DNA of 61,149 nucleotides, the filler included, from Sphacelaria rigidula (taxonomy: Eukaryota): assembly GCA_964200075.2 (NCBI GenBank). It is 7 parts of 7 records of this genome, joined end to end, with 100 filler letters (N's around TTAATTAATTAA, not from the genome) between each part and the next. Parts side by side here need not be neighbours in the genome. Positions count along the whole stretch, not along the records: positions 1 to 8,651 come from CAXNAA020010483.1; positions 8,752 to 17,402 come from CAXNAA020010484.1; 5 more parts are not named here. One strand, written 5' to 3'. This document shows positions 1 to 12,300 of the stretch, piece by piece (position 1 is the first letter of the stretch; each line of letters opens with the position of its first letter). The notes below the pieces were generated by a model that saw only the letters and a program-made list of their open reading frames with translations, was not told where the DNA came from and made no database searches. The translations under genes were made by a program, and so were the position numbers.

Positions 1-2299
1 AATATCCAAGGCTACAAGTGGCGGGCGGCGGTTGCCACATCCTGTTGAATGCTCTCCATCGCGACTGATATTGCTTGATACATCTGTACATTGCCTGGTG
101 CGCACGACACCCGAATTATATATGGTACAGGTAGTTTGGACCTGAAAATAGGTTGGATGAGACTTTCGGTCTTCATCTAACCCTGCCGTTACATACATTC
201 TTTGATTTTTAGCAACATGAAGCCACTGTTTCATGTATATGCAGGACACATCATTCCCAACCAGCCTCGTTGGTCGTCCTGGAGGCCCAGTCCCAAAAGG
301 GTTGAGGGGACTACTAGAAAAAAAAACGAGAAACGGAACAAGCGTCCGGAAGCAATATGTCGATTAGTCGCCACAACCGTTGACCCGCCTGGCGATCAAT
401 CAACATGCCGTTTTTGCCGCTTGTTTCGTTTCACGTTGTTTTTCCTTGTCTCGATGAAACAGGTCCTTAGTCTACGCGTTCATGTGTTGTTTGGCATCCA
501 AAAATCCAAATTTGATGAATGGTGTCGACGTTTCATGTCATTGGTAGTGAAAGACGTAGAAAAACAAAATAGAGCGCGCATGTGAGTTTGGGCATGTTCG
601 GGGCTTTGCGCGTCTTGTTTTTTCATGAGTGCGCAGAGTCGAGGTACGCGCTCATTCGATCGAAACACACAGAGTCATGGTCGTTAAAAGAAATATAACT
701 CATACCGCACCCGGCCCTCTGTGATCAACTAGCTCTTCTTGTACGATGACGAAAGATTTTCCTTACACTGCTGGATCACCGCATGCCGCCGCTGCTATGA
801 TGGTCAAATTTACACACTATTGCTGCTGTATACATCATGTATCCACTGCTGTGAACAGGAAACTACGGTAGTAGATTACTTAAGATACCACACCCTCGGG
901 AGATTTTCGAAGCTCGATTACTCCACAACGAAGAGGGTGCTATAATAACATCAAACGACACGTATTGGAAAGCTCTCGATAAGATGGTTGCAACGCCACC
1001 CAGTTCAGCCCCCGAATCATTTCTGGCGGGGAGTAAATGAGCTTTGAAAAACAGTCTGGGGGATGTAGAAATTTATTATGCAACCTATAATAATAGCCAG
1101 TGAGGGTGCCAGTGTACCGCTCGGTCTTGTACACTGCGGCCATACCAAAACAGCCGTATCGTATCTAATATCGATGCTCGATACGTATCGTGTCATTTTC
1201 GGAATATCGATAAGAATGTCGGTATCGCCGGTTGTGGGTCGATATTCTAAAAATATCGACTTTACTCTCGGTCCGATATGCAACCCTGCTCCAGTGTTGC
1301 AGACAATCATGCCAGGTACCACCCTTTCACGGAACTATGCGAAATTCACAAGGTTCATTCGCAGCTACCGACTCAACCCTACAGCATAGATCACGAGCTG
1401 AGCACAGGGATACATACACTGCAGTGAGAGAGAGAACTGACACCACAACCCTCTTGGCATGACGTGTTTTTTCTCGGTGGCAAAAACTTGGGCATCTAAT
1501 TTTGTGGTGGGGTCCACTGACGGAGTGGCATGTTGGGGTGGACGACCGAACTGCGAACAAGCTCGTGGACAGTAGAGGCAGTGCAAAACTGCACGTAATT
1601 CAAATCTTCTTTGCATCCTCCTGTATGCAGACTACAGACAACACTATGCCACGTTGCCCGCTTCTTGCCCACATCGCGCCTGTATACTGCACGAAAAACG
1701 CTATGCACGGGCCTGTGCAACATGTATTGCCTGTCCTTTCTGTACTGCTGTCTGTATTAAATACAAGTAAACAAGTACCGCTTCACGAATTTCGTTTACC
1801 TTTCTCGATCCAAAGCGTGTAGATTCGCTCGGACCCAAACACAGCCAAGCGAACTGAATCAAATCCGCCGCATGAACTCGTCCGAGTCGGGGGGGGAAAT
1901 GGTAAGACACGGCCTGAGCCGAGTTACATAGATGACAACTACGTGATGTGGCACAGATGATACAACAGTTCTGCAGATCAGTTGTGCACGAAAGTGTGTG
2001 TGAAGCAGGTCGCACAGCTCGTCGCTTGGCACATATGTATAGGTCACGCGGGTCCTACAGATCACCATCGGACAAGCGTGCACGGGTGACAGCACACCCC
2101 GGACAGATCACGATCTATGCCCAAACTGAGCCAACCCGGATCTGTCACGAGGTGATGTGTCCAACGAGTGAATGCCTCTGAAAAAAATAGAGCCAGTTTT
2201 CGCTTTACAATGTTTTGCACACACACGTTAGTTTCTTACTCAAGAAATATTTACCATGACTTCCTCAACTCCCTCACCCGCGAGACTGTGATTTGAACC

Positions 2300-3357
2300 C
2301 TGGTTCATTTTACTTATCTCGTATTTAACCCTCTATCCTGCAATGGGGTGATATGGAATGCACGTTTCTGACGTTGCTACGATTCCACAACTCCGATCCC
2401 CCAAGCTACTTCCACGAAGAGGTTTTCTCCCACTCTTCGGGCAGCCTGCTATAGTAGTTGACTCGGTACCACGGAGAGGACACCCTCTACCCTCAGCAGC
2501 CTGTGTTTGCTCTGCACTACATCCACAAACTTAGACTCTGGAAGTAGAGCACGAGCACGGCCCCTCACGGTCGCCAGCCTTTCGTGGGAGCATATCGTAG
2601 TGCTGTCAAAACTGATCATTTCGACGTGGTGCCAAGCAGATTGCCCACCGTAACCTCCAGGATGGGTCATCTGGGTGACGAAGTTATTTTTTCGAGTGAA
2701 AATGGTGCCGATTCAACAGATGATCTACCCCAGCGGTCGATGTGACACACCCCAAGGCAACGCACTCATACGGTATAGTGCCTCCATGCGTACCTGATAT
2801 TCAAAATGCGGTACTCGTAGGGCGGACTATTCTTGTAGAGGCTAGAGGCTACCGTAGGCCTTGCACAAAATTCAGATTGAAGCCGATTTAGAGTAGTTAC
2901 GGCGTCCAGAGCTTGCGGGAAGACACATATTGAACATCAGACATGAATTCATATCCACGACTGCACTAGCCGCTCTGCCCTGGACCAGCATCCGATACAG
3001 ATAGGTATCTCCACCAGCCCCATCCAACCTGTGACGGCGAGTGTTGTACAGTTCTGTTGCCTGTGCCGTCTCTGTTGTATTACTGTTGTCTCGACGACAC
3101 TGGACTGTTGTACCACGTACAGTACTACCGTCTACCGTACACTGTTGCTGACTGTCGTGCATCATAGTTGTAGTGTGCTGCAGTTTTTTTAAGCAATACG
3201 CCCCAAAAAGCATACAAAAAGGTTACACACCAAGAACACGAAAAAGAGCACTTACCCGAATATTTTTCGCCACACCTCTACGCCTAGTGCCAGCTATGAA
3301 GGTGGATATGTTACGACGTATCTCTCCCTCATCCACGTCTGTGTAGAAGGTAAGAAC
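2300..3357 (-). pseudogene. Decayed spliced gene of unknown family; exons 3357..3256, 3060..2794, 2724..~2300
   Basis: Three segments with canonical splice sites (tgcag|/|gtaagt; cacag|/|gtacgc; ggtag|), all phase 0 and mutually in frame, but with several in-frame stops (e.g. 2872, 2449). Confidence 0.45.
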
Positions 3358-3501
3358 CTGCACCACTCGGGCCATTATTTACTTCACCTACCTGTTCCAT
3401 AAATCATCTGTCATTTTTCACTGTTGCACAAAAACGATACGGATACCATGACATACCACACGATGGAGATAACGCCTGCAACATCGAGAGAGCCGGGAAG
3501 C

Positions 3502-6500
3502 ATGAAACGCCGGTCTCGCCCACAAATATACCTCTGCACTACTCTGCTTCTTGCTTCCAGAGCGCATGGCTTTCGCTTCGGTGATTCAGCAGGTACCGCA
3601 GGGGTACTTTCAGAACAGCGTTCTCTCTCTATCGGCCGTTGTCTGGGGAAAAAGGGCTTGCGCGAAGATGATCACGCCGAGCAATGTTGCCCGCTAAGTT
3701 GTTGCATGGCATGATGAACGCAGACGCTAATAAGTTTGAAGGGCCGGAGAAGATACGGGTGGATATTGCGGTATATGAATCTCAGTAGTGTGCGCGGGTC
3801 GTGTCTTCTGTCTCATGCTTCAACGCCTCTCACATGCCTCGCGTTTGCTTGCCGTCCGCAAGCAATCTGCCACAGAACAGTAACCGTAGCGGCTTGGTGC
3901 GTGACGTGTCAGTACAAGCATTCAAAAGGAGCATATCGATTCGTCGCCGCAACCATAGACCCGCCCGCCCGGCGACCAACCAACGTGCTGCATTTGGGCA
4001 CTTGTTTCGTTCTGCACTTGTTTTCTTGTCTCGATAAGACACGGCCTTATTTTTTTCAGCCCAGTCTGCTCTGCTCTTGCAGTACTGTCTGTTGTGGGCA
4101 TGGCGTGCGGCGTGCAATCGTGAGTTGAAGTTGAACCCATGGGCGAATTTATTCTCGATACAGTGCCTTGGTAACCCTTCGCAATCGACACCTACCCTCC
4201 GCTGTACTGTACTGTGCGATCGTTTAGTCGAGGGCTGCTAGGATGAGGTGCTAAATTGAGGGCGCCTATTTCCCCCCCCCTCTCCCCCACGCACAGACAA
4301 ATATACGGCCATGATCACAAAGTGTTCATCGCGTGCCTACTCATGTACTGCTATGGAAACATCCTCGTGTAGGTGCCAAAGATACGATATCAGTCATGGA
4401 TTGGTCGTTACGGTACAGTACAATTCAACAGTACAGTACAGTACTCGTAGCATGTTGCACATGAGCTAATATAAGCAGCGAAATCCGGCCGTGTTCACAC
4501 GAATGATCTACGGTACCCAAGGCGGATCCTGCGAGCACGCACACACTCGCCGAAATAAACTGCGCTGAAGAAAACAGCGGTAGGTGGGCAATCTGGGGAC
4601 GGAAAAAACAAACAGAAGTGAGGGGAAAAGGGGGGAAATACGAGAGGAAGGAAGAAAAGCATATAGTGTACCTGTATGAAGTATCAAAATTTCAGAGTTC
4701 CTCTCGTGCACGTACGGCCAAACAGTGAGCTCCGAATCCGGGACATTGGTCTGGGGGGGACTGGGTGGAAGGACTTGAGCAGTATCAGTTTCATCGCTAG
4801 CAATACGCGAGGCGTAGAAGATTGAGAAACAGGAATACTTCAGCGCAAGTAGTCTACCGCACTCTTCGGCAGTGCTTTCGATTTTTCAAGGCGCTACGAA
4901 TCTCAGCTGCGAATTTCCCCGACATGAGTGGCACACCCCCGAAGCGCTTTTGTGCCTACATGTCATCATCTAATTTACAATTATCTCTCTATATATCGTG
5001 GTACTATCTGCACGCGTCCTCGGGATGCCATGCTTTGTACGTACTAGAAATAAAATGGTGCGGCAAAAGCAGCACCGGGGCACCCACAAGCCTATATCCG
5101 CGACATGTATATATCCGCGATATGTGCAGGACGAATCCGTGTTGCTGGGACGAGATACAACAGTTCTGTAAAGTACTATCGTCCCTGGCAACACCAGCTG
5201 GTGATGGTGTATGACGGCTGGCCGCGGTAAGCAAAAGTGGCGGATGAAGCACACCCTGAACACAATATGGTCAATAGTTGTTGCAATAGGCCTATGCTGT
5301 ACGTATTAATAGTTCATTGTTTCTTTTTGGTCTATTGCAACCATTGACCACATGCTGTCCAGGGCGTGAAGAATGAAGTCTTCAAAGCGTCGGTTGGTCG
5401 TGGCGTGCTGGGGATTCGTTACCCCTTGCCTTCCTCTCTCCTTATTGCTGTGTAGTTAATTTTGTAGCCATCATCTGTGCAGCGGTCCACGGTTTTGAGG
5501 ACGCCCAAGGAGCGTTGGGATTCCGCACTGAAATCAAGCCAATGCCTTGAACTTGCGCGCAATATCCGCTTCGAAGTCTCATCATTTCTGCCCTCCAAGA
5601 CCTAGAGTGCCCATCATAACCGTGTGTGTAAAAACATGGTGGAAGTGTCACGGGCTCCTTACCTGGGCTCGTTTCCCCGAAATAACCGGCGGGTTGTTGA
5701 TCGCTGCCTGCTCGCGAGGTCCAGCAGAGTTTAGGCCGGGGTTTGTCGAGACCAAAAAAAAGAGCTGGAAAAGGAGCAGGCGTCCCGAGGCAGCATGTTG
5801 ATTGATGGACGGGTTTATGGTTGCTGGCGACCAATCAACGTGCTGCTTTTGGGCGCGTATTCCTTTCCCCGCGTCTATTCTTGGTCTCGATGAGACACGG
5901 TCTTCACCCCTCCCAGCTCGGCTCCCCAAATTCATGATTGAAAAAGACTTGACTTGTATCTCAACACCGAGATTAGGATCTTTAGTGGGCCTGAGTGCTC
6001 CTGGCTTGCGCAAAATGCATTTCTGTTCAAAATCAGCCAGTAGAGTTTACCGGCGTTGGGCTACAAATGTTCATGATTGATATCACTTGATTCGAGTGTG
6101 TACAACGGGAAGCGGAATTTTAGTAGGGCTGACAGTCCCGTGTGCTCCTCGCGTGCGCAGACCGCGTTTTCGTTGAAATCGGCGCCACAGGCGCCGATTT
6201 GGGGTCCATAATACCAAGGCCGTACTTTGCCCAGGGAATGTATGTATCACCCTCGCCCGACGGTTCTCGGTATACGTTGGGGTTGGGGTTAGGATTGGGG
6301 GTAGCGATACTTATGAAATTGTGTCAACCATGGACATTTGTAGCCCAACGCTGGTAAACTAGCCTCAAATCGGCGCACGGGCGCCACTTGGAGGTCTGCC
6401 AATGCACACTCTGCCTAGGGCACCCACCCTTGCTACTTGCCTCGCCCGAGGGTTCTCGGTATGCCTTTGCTTAGGCCAGGGTTAGCGTTATTTAAAAAAA

Positions 6501-8090
6501 TTGTCGACCATGAACGTGGGGAGCCGAAGTGAGGTTAACTCTCCCCGGTAGGTCCGTCCTCATATCTGAAGATGTGATGCGATTAGCACCAATGTGGCCG
6601 AGAATACAAGGAAAAATATCAATACATAGACGTGTTGCACTACAGGTATGAAGCCTGATCAAGTCTCGCCAGGTGCAAGCGGATCCTCCCTCATGTTGCG
6701 GATCTCATACCGCTGAGCGCAATTCACTTACAGAAGACGGTATCGCCGGGAAAAAAAAAGGGCGAAATGACACACATCTCTTCTCCACGTCCCGTCCACA
6801 CGCCGTACATCATCCTACACACGGTGTTGATATGAACCACTGGAGCATTGTCAATCTTGTACTGTAAGTCGCCGCTCCCTGTACGAGTACCGTGAAGACG
6901 CGTGGAGTCAAAATAACAACGTGTGTACAAAAATTAGTGTGGATTCCGCACTGTACTGTACTAAAATATTGTATATTTGTCTCTGTTCAGACATGAGTTG
7001 ACGAGAGTTGACGGGGTGTGGTGGTAACTGGTCTAATCCGCAATACTTTCCCAAAATGTAAGGCGTGCACCAGAGGAGACATAGGTTTAACGCCTGTGTA
7101 TTTAGTGCGAACTTGTCCCGAGGAACGGAAGGAGGTGAAAACATGACGTGGAGAACATTGAAAAGAAAGTGGCGTTCCTTTTTTCTCCATTTCTTTCTAG
7201 ATTTAATCTCCGAGTCGGGGTCTAAAGGGTCGTTGAGCAGCGCTAGGCTTCTGATGCAACCACTCATGACATGTATTTATGCTTTGCCAGAGTGGTGCGC
7301 GTCTGGGCATGTTTTTTCGCAGGTACTGTCCCCGCCTGTCTCCTTCTCCCGTTTCGCTTTTCTGCATGCATTGCTGCCATCTACAAGCACTCGGTTGAAA
7401 AGTTTTCTCTCAACTCTGTCCACCTTCTCTTCCTCTTGCCCCCCCTCCCAAGGAGGATACCGATGCGGTGATCCCTTGAGCCATGACCGACGAACGACTT
7501 CAGCATTCGCCTGCGCCCGCACCCTGCCTCTCGGAGAGCAACGAATAGCAGCAGCAATGCCGTCACGCCCTTACCGATGTCCGATATCGAGAACAAACGC
7601 CTATTTTGTCTCAAACCCACCGGGCAGAAAAGCCTGCCGTCGAGAGCAGCCGCCGCGCATATCCTTGCAGTCATCCTCCACGCCGATAGCACCAGGCGAC
7701 TCGAGCGATGACGCCGGAACTAGGGAAGGAGCTACCCCCTCACTTTCTAGCACAACTCCTACTACACCGGGGCGGATCGGCGGGGTGGGTGAGGCGGCAG
7801 GCGCGGGTACCAGTGAGGGGACAACCGGGGAGGGCCCTCTGGCTTCGTCTTTGTCTGGCGACGTTACGCCGCCGCCACTAAAGCCGCCTCCGCCGCCGCC
7901 GGCCGGGGTGGTTCTGTTGCAGACACCCGCGGCGAGCGGGACAGACTTTGTCAGCAAGCCGCACCGTTGGGCGGGGCCACTGGGGGTTCTGTTTGTGTAC
8001 CTGGATTACGTGCGGTGGTTGTGGACGGCGACGGACAGGGACAAGTTGGATCGTGAGCAGGCGGGCGAGCAGGTGGTGGAGAAGGTCAAG
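3502..8090 (+). CDS. Putative plastid-targeted unknown protein, 5' partial model join(3502..3592,7453..8090)
   Basis: Exon 1 MKRRSRPQIYLCTTLLLASRAHG-F resembles a signal peptide plus Phe (ASAFAP-type cleavage). Its phase-1 donor matches a phase-1 acceptor after a long pyrimidine tract (..ccccctcccaag|7453). Exon 2 is S/R/P-rich, then RWAGPLGVLFVYLDYVRWLW, and ends at aag|gtgaga. No family recognised. Confidence 0.5.
5250..5368. mobile_element. Palindromic MITE (CACACCCTG TIR family)
   Basis: CACACCCTGAAC..TGGTCAATAG / CATTGACCA..TCCAGGGCGTG. Confidence 0.7.
5730..5902. repeat. Short foldback interspersed repeat; other copies at ~310..468 and ~3940..4047
   Basis: Shared GGCGACCAATCAACGTGCTGC..GTCTCGATGAGACACGG arm with an inverted partner arm. 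Confidence 0.7.
6044..6360. mobile_element. MITE with ~32-bp TIRs; related copies at ~6361..6545, ~36205..36431, ~37128..37290 and ~48560..48830
   Basis: AGTTTACCGGCGTTGGGCTACAAATGTTCATG / CATGGACATTTGTAGCCCAACGCTGGTAAACT; internal AATCGGCGCC..GGCGCCGATT palindrome. Confidence 0.8.
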
Positions 8091-8651
8091 GTGAGAGAGA
8101 GAGGCTGCGAGGTAGGGATTCCGGATAGATCAGGCGCCTATGTGAGAGCTGGGCGGGTGCTTTCGTTGTAGCCCCCACGGGAATCCGATTTTTCTTCCTT
8201 CGCTGTTTTTTTCTCAGGTTATTTTTACTTCTACACCCCGCCGGGTGACTTGATTGGTGCCGCGGTTTCGGCGGGTGGTATTAACGTGTGCCCTCGAGCA
8301 ATGCTACGGGAGGGGTGCACTTTTTGCGCAAAATCTCGTCTGGTTCAGGGGCTCCCAACGAGTCTAGAGGCACAAGAATATGGGTCAGGGCATCCCCGTT
8401 TGCAACTTCATTCGGGACATCCCTACCACATTGGAATAGTTATCCTGGTTTACTCTCACACAATTCATACTAAGTCGTGTTTTGGATGAGATGAAGGGCT
8501 CCTGACAATTCTAACCTCAAAATATGTTTGTGCACCCCTACCGTAGCATCATTCCCTCCACCACTCCCTCCATCACTCCCCCCCCCCCCCCCCCCCCCCA
8601 ACCCCCCCCCCCCGCCCCCTTTCTACCCCCCGCCCCCCGCCCCCGCAACCC

Positions 8652-8751
8652 NNNNNNNNNNNNNNNNNNNNNNNNNNNNNNNNNNNNNNNNNNNNTTAAT
8701 TAATTAANNNNNNNNNNNNNNNNNNNNNNNNNNNNNNNNNNNNNNNNNNNN
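8652..8751. other. Artificial contig linker N44-TTAATTAATTAA-N44 (also 17403..17502, 26153..26252, 34903..35002, 43652..43751, 52401..52500)
   Basis: Identical 100-nt spacer with stops in all six frames. Confidence 0.98.
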
Positions 8752-9095
8752 ACAATGAGTTGCTTTATTTTGTGGTATCGCCACTTCCGGAGACAGCCAC
8801 GGCTTTCACACTGCCTCATGGGTATTATGGGCCACTTCTCCACAAAATCCCTCTTCGTTGATAGCAGCAACGGTTGTTCAAGCGCGCCTGCTACCGATGA
8901 ATAATCACGCTCATTAATAAGTGCGCCGCGAGTGTGTTGGGTCGTCTGACACTCCTGTGAGACCCCTATTTCGTGGAAGCGAATATCCCCCCCCCCCCCC
9001 CGCCACTCGTAGCATGACTTAAACTCCTTGACGGTGAACCAAACAAACCTTCATTGTTGCATTATTTCAACCTCTCAATACTTGCCCGCTGCCAG

Positions 9096-9308
9096 ACGAC
9101 CATCAATCAATATCTCTCTGATCATAACGGGGAATCCAAGCAGCCGATGCCATTGGTCATGTTCCTGGACGCTATTGAGCACGTTTCACGCGTCAGCCGG
9201 ATCCTGAGACAGCCGCAGGGAAATGCTCTACTGCTAGGGGTGGGGGGCTCCGGTCGACAGTCGATGACGAAGCTCGCTACGTACGTCGCCGGGTACGACT
9301 TGTTCCAG
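9096..9308 (+). CDS. Dynein heavy chain exon (AAA4 Walker A, GVGGSGRQS)
   Basis: gccag| acceptor, cag|gtgata donor; 213 nt, phase 0-0. Confidence 0.95.
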
Positions 9309-12300
9309 GTGATACAACATCGCGGTTTCAAGGGCTACTACAATAGCAAACACCTGTTTTGCCTCTCTGCAGACGTGTCGTGAAAGTAGCCTATCATAGC
9401 AGGTTGGTTTGGGAAGTTGCTCTGCAGAACACAAGATATCGCTTGTTTTGAAGGAATGTTTACGTTGTACAGCAGTTCAACGATTGAAAACGCTCATCTG
9501 TCACGAAGGAACGGTTGCAGAAGATTTGAACATTAAAGCAACGAGAGGGTTCCTAGCCCGTGGATCATGACTCTTATGCGCGGGGGTGTTGGTTTCACAG
9601 GTGCTGATATTTTCTCTCCTCTCAAAACTCTGGGTCGCTGGCACTGCTTTTCATGTGCATCTCTATGCGGTCGATATGTTCATAAGCCATCGTACGTAAG
9701 ATAGGGAAAGAGGGCATCCGAGCCGATTGTCCCCACGAAAATGGCACCTCTAATCGTCCTTGAAAGCAGCAATCCTTGTTCGAACATGGTTGGTACGAGT
9801 AAGACACTCTCATTCATGCTGCTTGGCACCCACTGTTTTCACGCAAGCCATAGCGCACCGCAAGCGTGTGAGATCGTCTGCCACACCTGTAAGCCCGTTT
9901 CCGTAAAATCAGCTCCCTTTTCCTCGCCGCGGTGGCCAGAGACGGCGAAACAGGACGGGAATAAGATATGCAACAGGTTTTTGTGTCATGTATGGAAGAA
10001 ACGTAATGAGCGCCAGAATGTGGAAGGTGGCTCTATTAGGAGTAGGAACGGTGCTCCGTCTCGAAAGGGATGCGTGGTCAATGATCAAACGACTAAGGCA
10101 AGCAACAGATGAGTACGACCCCCTCCCCCCTCTGTTGTAGGATCACGCTAACATTCGACCATCATCTCGGATCCAAATCGCAACCGTGATCCTTGGTACG
10201 TCCTCAGGTGGAAATAAGCAAAGGTTACGGCGTGGCTGACTGGCGAGAAGATGTGAAGAAATGCCTCCTCGGCGCTGGTCTCAAGAACAAGCCCACAACG
10301 TTCCTGTTCAGGTAGACCCACCAGTTTTGTCGCACAGTACGAGTACGGTGTACTCGAGGAAGTTCTACTGTAGACATGCGATTTAATCGACGAGAAAAAA
10401 CAAAGTTGGCCCAGACATCCGAGCAATCGGGGAAAAAACCCTTCCTCTTGATTGGGCCATTACTGTGATATGCAGATCACGGCGCAACTCGTTTGTGTCG
10501 ACGAGATATTGCTTTGAGAGCTCGAGTCCGCGTCTATGCCGACCCAGCTCGTATCGCGCTTGTGCTACCACCGTGGGAGGGCGATCGGATGTGCTTTTCA
10601 AGAGGCCCGCCTTGTGTCCGAAGGTTTAAGAAAACAACTGCACACAACTTTTTTGCGGTTCCACGTCATGACAAAGTCGTATCTCATTAGTCTCGCACCG
10701 TAGTCCCCCTTCCACGGGTGTGCAGGATGTTCAGTATACTTGGGGCGGAACAATCTCACGATGCGGCTCACTCTTTATGCGACCCGCAGAACTCATTACG
10801 GCGATTTCTTGCTTCGTGCTTTATTGCGAGCCCAGATGATATTGCTTTGGGAGCGTAAATCCGCGCCAAGGCCGGCTTAACTCGTACGCTCGGTGTGACT
10901 GTGCACTCCGCAAGAATGGGTGATTGTGCACTCCGCAAGATTGGAGTAGTTGAAGTGTTGACTCAAGTGGCACCCAACTTCGAAACTTTACGAGTCTTGT
11001 GTGCGGTGTCGGTAAATACTCCGTGTCGCCGATGCAGAAAAGTGCACACGGTACCGCTCGGTTGCAAAAGTCCCGTAACCGGTGGCTTTATCACGACTTG
11101 GGAATCAGCTTACACCTCCTGCTGAACGTCCCCGCCCCGTGTCTTTCTGCCGCTCCGTTTCAGCGACGTACAAATTGTGAACGAGGTGATGCTGGAAGAT
11201 ATCAATAACATTCTGAACGCCGGGGATGTGCCGAACCTCTACGCACCGGAGGATCTCGACTCAATCATGACGGCGTGCAGGTAGTTTCGCCGTGGGGATG
11301 CATATCGGTTGTCATAATCCAGCAAAATCTTTCCCGATGAACGTCAGGAGTTGCACGGACGCTTTACTTGAAGCTACATTGTCATGGATATCAGACTCCG
11401 TAGCCGGCAAATGATTGTATTTGAGCAAGATCTCGAATACGTTTGTAGAAGTCATGGCGTGGCAGCCGCTACCAAAAATTGCACAGCTAAGCCACGCCGA
11501 ACGGCACGATTGCTTCGAGAACGCCGATCTATACGGGCGTTTACTTTCCGAAGGGTTTGTCGGGACACCTGCGGTGTCCTCGTCGACAAAAAGTATGCCG
11601 ATCGCTACTTGCTCTCGGCGGGCAGACACATCAAAAACATCGTCGTGAATCTCCCGGAATGGAAGCGTTCCCAACGCAGGCAACCCTTTTGGATCCGGGA
11701 ATGTTCGTTAGGAAATTATGGCGGGGTGGTTCTAGACGACCCGCTGTGTTACGGTGACAGCCCAGTCACGGTGTCCACCGTCGTCGGAGAACACTCTCAC
11801 AATGATCGACTCGTATGCCTACGGTATGTCAACGACCATAAGATAAGGGAAGCCACACGGCTCCTGCACACATCTAACTTTGTTCAACTTCAACGTACCG
11901 TATCTAGTTGCGCTAGGGTCTTGGTAAATAGGTCATGCCGCGTGTGACGCAGCGGCAAGATCCTTGAGTATACTCAAGTGCAGTAATATTGGCATTCTGG
12001 TCCGTCTGATACGAAACGGATTTTTCCGAAATACATCGATAACTGTTTTCTGCGGGGAGGTAGACGCTATCCATGAACCACGCATGAGCATAGTCACTAG
12101 GAGATACGGTATCGTTAGCAGTTCAGATGCCTTACAGCCGCCACAAGACGTTGCCGCGGTGATGTCTCATGAGTGTGTTGTTCACAGAGACCGTGCCACC
12201 GTAAATTGCTCACAATTCTAAATCGGTAATACTTATTATCGAACCTCATACTGACCCGTATACCAAGAACCAGTACCAGTGAGTGATTGATACTTGTAGA

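Noticed and set aside
6275-6305. Telomere-like GGGTTAGG runs
   Set aside because: Short, degenerate and internal to a MITE family
8576-8651. Poly-C tract as a G-quadruplex element
   Set aside because: Lies at a contig end; likely low-quality homopolymer sequence
8696-8707. Regularly spaced TTAATTAATTAA motif every ~8750 nt
   Set aside because: Assembly linker, not biology
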